In this document: one piece after another, positions 9,590 to 17,466 of the stretch
Layout: every line of letters starts with the position of its first letter
Numbering within the stretch: position 1 is the first letter of the stretch
From: an uncultured Verrucomicrobiales bacterium
GTDB taxonomy: Bacteria > Verrucomicrobiota > Verrucomicrobiia > Verrucomicrobiales > Akkermansiaceae
Reading direction: 5' to 3'
Assembly (NCBI GenBank): GCA_947039485.1
Contig: CAMQZC010000009.1
Location: 10,974-74,973 of the forward strand
Length of the DNA stretch: 64,000 nucleotides
Program-made: the position numbers and the translations under genes
Notes under the pieces: generated by a model
What the model saw: only the letters and a program-made list of their open reading frames with translations
What the model was told of the DNA's origin: nothing
Databases searched by the model: none

Positions 9590-11491
9590 ATGATCCGCAT
9601 CAAAGAAAATCACGCCGAGGGAGAACTCCAACTCAAACGCTGGCCCTCCATCATCAGCAGCCTGCTAGGTGGTGGTGCCATGGCCCTCGCCTTCATCCCC
9701 TACGACATCCCCGTACTAGTCTGGGTAGCCCTGCTACCCCTGCTAGCCGTCCTCTGGCTGCGCCCACGCAGCTTCTGGGGAGGCTTTGGCTACGGCTGGC
9801 TCTACGGCCTCGCCTACTACGGCCTGAGCTTCTCATGGATCATCGAGGTCGGCGAGGTCTTCCAAATCCCCACGCCCCTCTTCCTCGGCATCGCCTTCAT
9901 CCCCCTCATCTCCCTCTACGCCCTCCTGCCCGCCCTCTGGGCAGGCATCGCCTCCACCCTCCTACGCCCCGCCTTCCGCACTGGTCTCGTCGACATACCC
10001 GGTGACATCCACGATCGCAAACTCGCATGGGGACACTGGTCACAGCTCGAGATGATGAGCAGCCTGCGCTGCGCTGTTGGACTAGGCGCCCTCTGGGTCT
10101 GCATCGAATGGCTGCGCGGACATGGCACCCTCGCCTTCTCTTGGAACAGCCTTGGCATCGCCCTCTATGATGGACTATCCCTCGTCCAATGGGCAGAGTT
10201 CGTCGGCACCACCGCCCTAAGCTTCCTCCCCGTCTGCTTTAGCGTCATCCTCTACTGCGCCGCACGCCGCAGCTACGTACAATTCAAAGGACTTGGTCGC
10301 GGCTGCCGCCCCATGGACTTCTACGGCATGGTACTACTGCTCTTCATCCTCTTCATGGGAGGCCTGCAACTCGCGCAGCAATACTCCCCCCTGCAGCTCA
10401 TGCAAAAAGAGAGCTGCCTCCAACTCCCCGTCCTCGCCATCCAAACCAACCTCGGACAAAAGGAGAAAATCACCACCCCCCGCCACGAACGCCATCTCTA
10501 CACCCAGCGCCAGCTCAACGCCACAGGTGAAGCCCTGCGCCAAATCCAAAAAGACACCGTCGCCGCAGCCATGAAAAACAGCGACTACGGCATCAAGCAA
10601 CAACTCCCAGTCTGGATCATCTGGCCCGAGAGCTCCCTTGGCAACCCCCTCTGGCTCGATAGCACACAAAACAGCATCGTAGCGGACAACGCCAACAACA
10701 ACACCCTCATGAGCAAAGAGCAAGGCCTCCCCGCCCTGCGCCAAATGATTAAAGAAATGGGAGGAGTCGACTTCACCCTCTTTAGCGGAGCTGACCTCAT
10801 CAAAGCCGAGCCCAGCGCTGACGGATACCTCATCCCCAAAGGCATGTACAACAGCGTCGCCATCATCGAAGACAACGATTTTAGCAACATACGCTACTTT
10901 GCCAAGCAACACCTCATGCCCTTTGGCGAGTACATCCCCTTCACCCAAAGCATCGAATGGGTAGGCAAAATCTACTCCGACATCACAGGCACCCAAACAG
11001 GAGATGGCATCCTGCGCGGCACAGGCAATGAGCCCATCCCCGTACGCATCCCCGGCACAGATGAGAGCGTCAGCGTCATCCCAGCCGTCTGCTACGAAGA
11101 CACACTAGGCGACCTACTCATCAAATTCGCACGCAAAGGCCCCCAAGTCATCGTCAATGCCAGCAACGACGCATGGTTCCAAGAGTCAGCCTGCGGAGAG
11201 CAACAAGCACGCTCTGCCGCATTCCGCTGCATCGAGCTGCGCCGCCCCATGGTACGCGCCGCTAACCAAGGTCTCTGCTGCTCCATCGCCCCCAATGGAG
11301 CCCCCATCAACGAGCTGAGACGCGGCGATGGCAGGCCATGGCGCGACGGCTACAGCTACGCTGTACTGCCCGTCGACAAAGACGCCCCCCTCACCCTCTA
11401 TGCCCGCTTTGGCGACTGGGCCGTGCTACTCTGCGCCATCGTCGCCACCCTGCTCAGCCTGCCCGGACTACTGCGCAGAGCTGGCAAATAG
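9590..11491 (+). CDS. lnt: Apolipoprotein N-acyltransferase
   Basis: 633 aa. Multi-TM N-terminal half, then a CN-hydrolase domain with WPESS (catalytic Glu), PAVCYEDT (catalytic Cys) and NASNDAWF. Confidence 0.88.
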   Translation: MIRIKENHAEGELQLKRWPSIISSLLGGGAMALAFIPYDIPVLVWVALLPLLAVLWLRPRSFWGGFGYGWLYGLAYYGLSFSWIIEVGEVFQIPTPLFLGIAFIPLISLYALLPALWAGIASTLLRPAFRTGLVDIPGDIHDRKLAWGHWSQLEMMSSLRCAVGLGALWVCIEWLRGHGTLAFSWNSLGIALYDGLSLVQWAEFVGTTALSFLPVCFSVILYCAARRSYVQFKGLGRGCRPMDFYGMVLLLFILFMGGLQLAQQYSPLQLMQKESCLQLPVLAIQTNLGQKEKITTPRHERHLYTQRQLNATGEALRQIQKDTVAAAMKNSDYGIKQQLPVWIIWPESSLGNPLWLDSTQNSIVADNANNNTLMSKEQGLPALRQMIKEMGGVDFTLFSGADLIKAEPSADGYLIPKGMYNSVAIIEDNDFSNIRYFAKQHLMPFGEYIPFTQSIEWVGKIYSDITGTQTGDGILRGTGNEPIPVRIPGTDESVSVIPAVCYEDTLGDLLIKFARKGPQVIVNASNDAWFQESACGEQQARSAAFRCIELRRPMVRAANQGLCCSIAPNGAPINELRRGDGRPWRDGYSYAVLPVDKDAPLTLYARFGDWAVLLCAIVATLLSLPGLLRRAGK

Positions 11492-11515
11492 CCCGCCCCA
11501 CACCCCGAGAAACAC

Positions 11516-12475
11516 GTGAGCGCAAACTACCACATCGCACTTGCAGCAGACCGCAACTTCACCATACCGCTAGCGCTCTGCCTCCATAGCCTCTGCCAGC
11601 ACAGCCCCGAGCCCAGCCGCTACCACATCCACCTCCTCGATGGAGGCATCCAGCGCGAGCTACTCCATGAGCTCCCCCTAACCATCAGCTACTACAAGGT
11701 CAAGGACAACGTCAGCCACATCCCAACCTCCGGGCGCTTCCCCAGCGCCATCTACTACCGCTACCTGCTCCCCGACATCCTGCCAGCAGAGATCGAGCGC
11801 GTCTTCTACCTCGATAGCGACAGCATCATACTGCGCGACCTCGCCCCCCTCTGGGACATCGAGCTCAAGGGCAAGCCCATCGCAGCCGCCCCATGGGTCG
11901 CCTATGGCCGCTACCGCGAGGAATACGGCCGAGACGTCAACAACTACTGCCAGCGCATGCACATCCCCGAGGATGACGAGCCCTACTACTACTCCTCCAT
12001 GCTCATGATGGACCTGCGCATCATGAGAGCCGAGGGCACCAGCACACAACTCATCAGCAGCACAGAGGACTACGCCCAAAGCCTACTCTGGCCCGACCAA
12101 GACATCCTCAACCTCGTCCTACGCGGCCGCATCACCCCCCTACCCCTCCATTACAACGTCATCCCCCTCTTTGCCGCAGACATCAACATGGATAGCCCCG
12201 AAGCACAAGCCGCCTACCGCGAGCCCGCCATCATCCACTTTGCCGCCACCAAGCCCAACATCCTCACAGGCCCAAAATACCCCTTCGAAGATCACCTCTT
12301 CCAACTCTGGCAAAGCAGCCCATGGGCGAGAGAAATACCCTACCCCCTCGCCTCCGCCTACAACATGAGCCCAGTAGCACGCAAGCTCCTCTACGCCCCC
12401 ATCAAGCTCTGCATCCGCAGCCCACGCCTCCTACACGCCTATGGCCGCCTGCTGCACATGCTGCGCGGACATTAA
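11516..12475 (+). CDS. Glycosyltransferase family 8 (LPS/general-stress GT8-like)
   Basis: YHIALAADRNFTIPLALCLHSL at the N-terminus, DxD motif in VFYLDSDSIILRDL, IIHFAATKP near the C-terminus. GTG start. Confidence 0.85.
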   Translation: MSANYHIALAADRNFTIPLALCLHSLCQHSPEPSRYHIHLLDGGIQRELLHELPLTISYYKVKDNVSHIPTSGRFPSAIYYRYLLPDILPAEIERVFYLDSDSIILRDLAPLWDIELKGKPIAAAPWVAYGRYREEYGRDVNNYCQRMHIPEDDEPYYYSSMLMMDLRIMRAEGTSTQLISSTEDYAQSLLWPDQDILNLVLRGRITPLPLHYNVIPLFAADINMDSPEAQAAYREPAIIHFAATKPNILTGPKYPFEDHLFQLWQSSPWAREIPYPLASAYNMSPVARKLLYAPIKLCIRSPRLLHAYGRLLHMLRGH

Positions 12476-12487
12476 AACACACACACC

Positions 12488-13630
12488 ATGTCAGAACATC
12501 AGTCAGCATCTTCTCAATTAGAAAAAACAGACGCCAAGGAAGAACACCCTGATTTTCTCAGCAAGCAAATCATTACCTACCTTGGAAATAAACGCTCCCT
12601 GCTCAACTTCATCGGCAAAGCCGTCGAAGAAGTACAAGCACGCCTCGGCAAAGAAAAACTCATCACCCTAGACCTCTTTGCCGGCTCAGGAGTCGTCTCA
12701 AGATACCTCAAGAAATATTCTAAAAAATTATATTCAAATGATTTAGAATCCTACTCCGCCTACGTCAACGACTGCTACTTGACCAATTATTCCGAGCTAG
12801 ACATGGGATTGCTCAACGACATATCGCTAGAGTTAAAGGCGAACATCAACAAGCACGCACAACCCGGTTTTATCACAGAACTGTATGCGCCTAAAAACGA
12901 AAGCAGCATCACAGAGCAGGACCGCGTCTTCTACACGCGCCGCAACGCCATCTACATCGACACAGCGAGACAATTAATTGACAAGCTCCCCCTCGACCTG
13001 CAAAAATACTTCCTAGCCCCCCTCCTCTACAAGGCATCCGTGCATAACAACACATCAGGCATATTCAAGGGCTTCTATAAAAACAAAGAGCGAATTGGCC
13101 AATATGGAGGAGAAGGCAAGAACGCCCTAGCCCGAATAATGATGGACATCGACATCCCATTACCCATATTTTCGGCCTATGAATGCGAGACCATCGTGAT
13201 GCAAAAGGAATCGCTTGAAGCCGTAGAAAGCCTACCCGAGCTCGACTTATGCTATATGGATCCACCATACAACCAGCACCCCTATGGATCAAATTACTTC
13301 ATGCTCAATTTGATTTTAAACAACGAGCGGCCGCAGAAGCACTCTAAAGTATCAGGCATCCCCTGCGACTGGAACCGCTCCGCCTATAATAGGCCCAAAC
13401 TCGCCAAAGAAAAGCTATTCCAAGTCATCTCCGCCTGCCCCGCCAAGTTTATTTTAATCTCGTACAATTCGGAAGGCTTCATCAGCTATGATGAATTCAT
13501 TCATTTTTTGCAATCAATAGGCAGCGTAAAATCGCTACAAACAAATTACAACACCTTCAAAGGCAGCCGCAATTTGAGAGAGCGCAAACTTACCGTGACC
13601 GAATACCTCTTCCTTCTAGAAAAAAACTAG
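12488..13630 (+). CDS. N6-adenine DNA methyltransferase, alpha-type (Dam/FokI-like, D12 class), no cognate nuclease seen
   Basis: YLGNKRSLLNFI (Dam-like N-terminal motif), SAM motif I LDLFAGSGVVS, catalytic motif IV CYMDPPYNQHPYGSNYF, ILISYNSEGFI. The order motif I - long spacer - DPPY gives the alpha architecture. From memory it resembles the M.FokI halves. Confidence 0.85.
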   Translation: MSEHQSASSQLEKTDAKEEHPDFLSKQIITYLGNKRSLLNFIGKAVEEVQARLGKEKLITLDLFAGSGVVSRYLKKYSKKLYSNDLESYSAYVNDCYLTNYSELDMGLLNDISLELKANINKHAQPGFITELYAPKNESSITEQDRVFYTRRNAIYIDTARQLIDKLPLDLQKYFLAPLLYKASVHNNTSGIFKGFYKNKERIGQYGGEGKNALARIMMDIDIPLPIFSAYECETIVMQKESLEAVESLPELDLCYMDPPYNQHPYGSNYFMLNLILNNERPQKHSKVSGIPCDWNRSAYNRPKLAKEKLFQVISACPAKFILISYNSEGFISYDEFIHFLQSIGSVKSLQTNYNTFKGSRNLRERKLTVTEYLFLLEKN

Positions 13631-13832
13631 AAGCAAGAACCGCTGCTCAAGCAGCTCCGAAGCGTGCACTAGCGCAACCGCCAAATTCACCGCCTCGAAC
13701 AAGCTATCTATGTGAATAAGCAACACAACTCTACTTATTCTCAATACACTAACTATCGTCAACATACTTGACCTACGATAGCTCTAGATAACAAGCCATG
13801 CTTTTAGCTTGAACATCACTTGTGGATGAAGT

Positions 13833-15104
13833 ATGCTCTTTTTGTTCCCAACATACCCCATGGAGATAGAAGTCAAAGACGAAATATTAGAGCATATCAA
13901 GAGGCCCTCGCGTGCATTCCGCGGTGCTAGCTTAAGCGTGGAAGAATTATCAGAATTAACACACCAGCTTCATCATCAAGAATATCTCAGCATCTCTCAA
14001 TATACAGAAAGCGCAGCCAACACCCTTTACAAACTTCAGCGACTTGGTGAGAGTGTCGAGGATGTATTAAACTCCTTTAAACAACTTACGAAACAAGCCC
14101 CCTTCCAGCCCATCAGCTCACCTAAGTTCAGCTTCATCGACTTATTTGCTGGTATCGGTGGCTTCCGCATGGCCATGCAGCAACTAGGCGGCAAATGTGT
14201 CTTCTCATCCGAGTGGGATAAAGAAGCTCAGCGCACCTACTATGCTAACTACGGAGAAGTCCCCTATGGTGACATCACCAAGGATGAAACAAAGGCAGCA
14301 ATTCCTGACAACTTCGATGTACTCTGTGCAGGCTTCCCATGCCAAGCCTTCTCTATCGCAGGTAAGCGCGGAGGCTTTGATGATGTACGCGGCACATTGT
14401 TCTTTGATGTTGCTCAAATCATCAAAGACAAACGCCCAAAAGCCGTATTCCTTGAAAATGTTAAGGGACTGCTAAGCCATGACAAAGGACGCACCTTCCA
14501 AACCATTCTCCACACACTAAGAGAAGACCTCGGCTATACAGTCCCCGAGCCTCGTATCTTAAACGCTAAAAACTACGGCCTCCCTCAGAACAGAGAGCGC
14601 GTCTACATCGTCGCCTTCCGCAATGATATTGATGCCAGCAGCTTTAGCTACCCACTTCCCTCAAGCAAAGAGAAATGCTTTGCCGACGTCAAAGAGGAGA
14701 AGGTAGTATGCGCTCGCTACTACCTCTCAAATCAATACCTAAACACGCTAAAAGCCCACAAAGAAAGGCATGCGAGCAAAGGAAATGGCTTTGGTTACGA
14801 AATCATCCAAGACACTAGCTGCGCTAATGCCATCGTCGTAGGAGGTATGGGACGAGAGCGCAACCTTGTTATTGATCACCGCCTGACGGATTACACACCC
14901 AAAACCCGAATCAAAGGCGAGATTAACCGTGAAGGCATCCGCAAAATGACCCCACGAGAATGGGCTAGACTCCAAGGCTACCCTGATAATTTCCGAATCG
15001 TTGTCGCCGATGCCTCAGCCTACAAACAATTTGGCAACTCAGTCGCTGTACCAGCCATCAAAGCAACAGCACAACAGCTAATCAAAACACTCAACATCAA
15101 TTAA
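13833..15104 (+). CDS. DNA cytosine-5 methyltransferase, M.HpaII-like
   Basis: Motif I FSFIDLFAGIGGFRMA, motif IV CAGFPCQAFSIAGKRGG, motif VI FLENVKGL, motif VIII PQNRERVYIV, REWARLQGYPD, motif X QFGNSVAVP. From memory the overall sequence closely parallels M.HpaII (CCGG). The start could be M10 (13860). Confidence 0.92.
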   Translation: MLFLFPTYPMEIEVKDEILEHIKRPSRAFRGASLSVEELSELTHQLHHQEYLSISQYTESAANTLYKLQRLGESVEDVLNSFKQLTKQAPFQPISSPKFSFIDLFAGIGGFRMAMQQLGGKCVFSSEWDKEAQRTYYANYGEVPYGDITKDETKAAIPDNFDVLCAGFPCQAFSIAGKRGGFDDVRGTLFFDVAQIIKDKRPKAVFLENVKGLLSHDKGRTFQTILHTLREDLGYTVPEPRILNAKNYGLPQNRERVYIVAFRNDIDASSFSYPLPSSKEKCFADVKEEKVVCARYYLSNQYLNTLKAHKERHASKGNGFGYEIIQDTSCANAIVVGGMGRERNLVIDHRLTDYTPKTRIKGEINREGIRKMTPREWARLQGYPDNFRIVVADASAYKQFGNSVAVPAIKATAQQLIKTLNIN

Positions 15105-15107
15105 GCC

Positions 15108-16196
15108 ATGGCTATGAAAGGAAATAAAGGTGAATGGAGCGAAGTCTACACCCTCTTCAAGCTTCTAGGCGACAGAGAGCTACATTCTGGTGATGGGCAG
15201 CTCGAAAAGGTTGCCGATCTATTCTATCCCATTATTTCCATTCTCCGGCAGGAAAGCAGCGGAGAACAGCAGTACCATATCCAGAGTGAATCAATCCGTA
15301 TCACCAATGGAGACAAAGAAATCAACATCTCCATCAAGGATTTTCAAGAGAAAGCCAAAATACTCTTTGAGTCCATCAAAGCATCTCGTGGTAGCGCAAG
15401 CTTTGCCCTCCCAGAGATAGAAGCCTTCATGAGCTCAATCAACTGTGACAAACTCAAAGCAAGCTCAAAAGATAAAAGCGACATCCGCATCATCATCGAG
15501 GACATCCGCACAGGAGTAAACCCCACACTTGGCTTTAGTATCAAGTCCCAATTAGGTAGTGCCTCCACCCTATTCAACGCAAGCGGATCAACGAATGTAC
15601 TCTACAGCATCACAGGGGAGAAGCTATCTGCTGCTGATATCGAAGCCATCAACAGCATCAAGCCCAAAAAAGGACTGATCAAAGACCGCATCAGCGCCCT
15701 CAGGAACAAGGGTGCCGATATCTGCTTTCAAAGGATGGTATCACGCACATTCCACAACAACCTTGTTCTCATTGATAGCCTGATGCCACGCATCCTAGAT
15801 GAAATGATCAAACTCTACTACATCGAGGGCATCTCATCACTCAAAGACATCGTAAGTAAGCTAGAAGAAAGTAACCCACTCGCCTACGACATGGAGAATG
15901 GGCACCACTTCTACGAGTACAAAATTAAGCGCTTTCTCACAGACATAGCCCTAGGCATGACCCCTGCCAAGATTTGGAATGGTCACTATGATGTGACAGG
16001 CGGCTATCTTGTTGTCAAAGAGGATGGGGACATCCTCTGCTATCACATCTACAACAAAAACGACTTTGAGGACTACCTGCTCAATAACGTCAAATTCGAC
16101 ACACCAAGCACCAGCCGCCACGGCTTTGCCTCAATCGAGAATGACGGTGACGCAAACACATTCAAGCTCAATTTCCAGCTTAGATTCAAAGGATAA
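15108..16196 (+). CDS. Type II restriction endonuclease, HpaII family
   Basis: Starts 3 nt after the HpaII-like MTase stop. From memory, the N-terminus KGNKGEWSEVYTLFKLLGD matches the conserved start of the HpaII endonuclease family. Confidence 0.75.
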   Translation: MAMKGNKGEWSEVYTLFKLLGDRELHSGDGQLEKVADLFYPIISILRQESSGEQQYHIQSESIRITNGDKEINISIKDFQEKAKILFESIKASRGSASFALPEIEAFMSSINCDKLKASSKDKSDIRIIIEDIRTGVNPTLGFSIKSQLGSASTLFNASGSTNVLYSITGEKLSAADIEAINSIKPKKGLIKDRISALRNKGADICFQRMVSRTFHNNLVLIDSLMPRILDEMIKLYYIEGISSLKDIVSKLEESNPLAYDMENGHHFYEYKIKRFLTDIALGMTPAKIWNGHYDVTGGYLVVKEDGDILCYHIYNKNDFEDYLLNNVKFDTPSTSRHGFASIENDGDANTFKLNFQLRFKG

Positions 16197-16498
16197 TCAA
16201 GTTCTAGCTTAAGAACCTCATAGAAACATCACGGGAATACCTTCGCAATACAACTTCTCAAGGAGCGCGTTATTTAGTGAAGCGAGCAGAGAAAAACACT
16301 CTGGTGCGGTCAGTACAATTTCAAAAGAAATGATTGAATTAGGTGTCATTCCTAAACAGCTGACGGAAATGTCTTTATCCGAGTTCTATAAAGCATTTAG
16401 CTCAATCAAAGTTAATACGGCTTTCGTTGAAAAAACAATATACGCAACGCTATGTACAGTAATGAACTCAAGCATCACCTAGAGTTCATCAAGCTATC

Positions 16499-16529
16499 AG
16501 CACTCATCAAACCTATAATGATGAGTGCT
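16499..16529. terminator. Hairpin between convergent modules (possible bidirectional terminator)
   Basis: Perfect 11-bp inverted repeat agcactcatca (16499-16509) / tgatgagtgct (16519-16529), 9-nt loop, followed by atactttgtt. Lies 35 nt downstream of the minus-strand 300-aa gene. Confidence 0.45.
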
Positions 16530-16563
16530 ATACTTTGTTCCACATAAGAACAGCTTGAGCAAG

Positions 16564-17466
16564 TTACTTGTTAGATAATTTTCTTTTAGGGCATTCTTGA
16601 ATTTTCTTAAAAACTTTTCTAAACTCAATTAAAGTTTTCCTGAATTTCAAATTCTCTTTTTCATTGATTTCAGGCATCAAATGATGTGCAAGGTGATTAC
16701 GCCATTTAATCACCTCTTTTCCGTAACGCTCTAAAATATTTTCATAACATGACTCTGTACATGCGTGCTGCTGCTCACATTGTTTTAGTATTTTTTTATG
16801 TAATGCGTTTTTTCTTAACGTCGAGTTATAAACACTAGTACCACCTTTATCAATCAGACCCTGCAATTTCTCAACTTTATATTTTGATACATTTGTAAGA
16901 ACATCACTGGCTTGCTTCTGAATTGATCCAAGAATATATTTTATATGATCTCCTTCCTTTAGTATATCCCGTATAATTTCATCAAACTGAGCAACCTCCT
17001 GCATAGCTATACCTCGTAATGATGACATATCCATATCTCGCGTTAAGAAAAAATCAATCAAATCTTTGAAAGCTTCAGAACCCACCTCGAGGTCAGTCCG
17101 ATCAAAAAAATAGATACCATCACAATTATCCCCAAGATCACGTCTAGCTTTTTCTATATCGCTTGAGTAAAAGACAATATTCGTATAGATTTTTTTATCG
17201 GTTTTTGGATTGCGAATATTAGAAATTAAACCATTACCATTTTCGCTGAAGAGACTACTCAGATTGTAATCGACAACGAATAAATCATACATTGTATTCT
17301 TCTTTGTTAATTTTTCAAGTTCTGCATCAAGCGCATCTTGATTAATAGGTCTGACTATGTTAGAAGCAAAACCTTTATCTAGCATATGCTCCTCTATACA
17401 GGGAACATTAACAGTTAACCATGAATCATCGTCGTCTATCCATAATATATTGTAATCTAATTTCAT
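16564..17466 (-). CDS. Receiver (REC, CheY-like) domain protein with C-terminal HEPN-like Rx4H motif; putative effector of the island operon
   Basis: REC features: beta1 NILWIDDDD (D11-D14), DLFVVD66YNL (phospho-acceptor position), TNIVFYSS. C-terminal helical region with WRNHLAHH (R256-x4-H261, codons at 16684-16701) and a second RKNALH (218-223). Start overlaps the upstream gene's stop by 4 nt (ATGA). Confidence 0.6.
   Translation of the reverse strand: MKLDYNILWIDDDDSWLTVNVPCIEEHMLDKGFASNIVRPINQDALDAELEKLTKKNTMYDLFVVDYNLSSLFSENGNGLISNIRNPKTDKKIYTNIVFYSSDIEKARRDLGDNCDGIYFFDRTDLEVGSEAFKDLIDFFLTRDMDMSSLRGIAMQEVAQFDEIIRDILKEGDHIKYILGSIQKQASDVLTNVSKYKVEKLQGLIDKGGTSVYNSTLRKNALHKKILKQCEQQHACTESCYENILERYGKEVIKWRNHLAHHLMPEINEKENLKFRKTLIEFRKVFKKIQECPKRKLSNK

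Noticed and set aside
12471-12487. Possible island-flanking direct repeat: ATTAAAACACACACACC at 12471-12487 against ATTAACACACC at 21484-21494.
   Set aside because: It is only a short, low-complexity (CA-repeat) similarity with indels and could easily arise by chance. No integrase or tRNA supports an att site.
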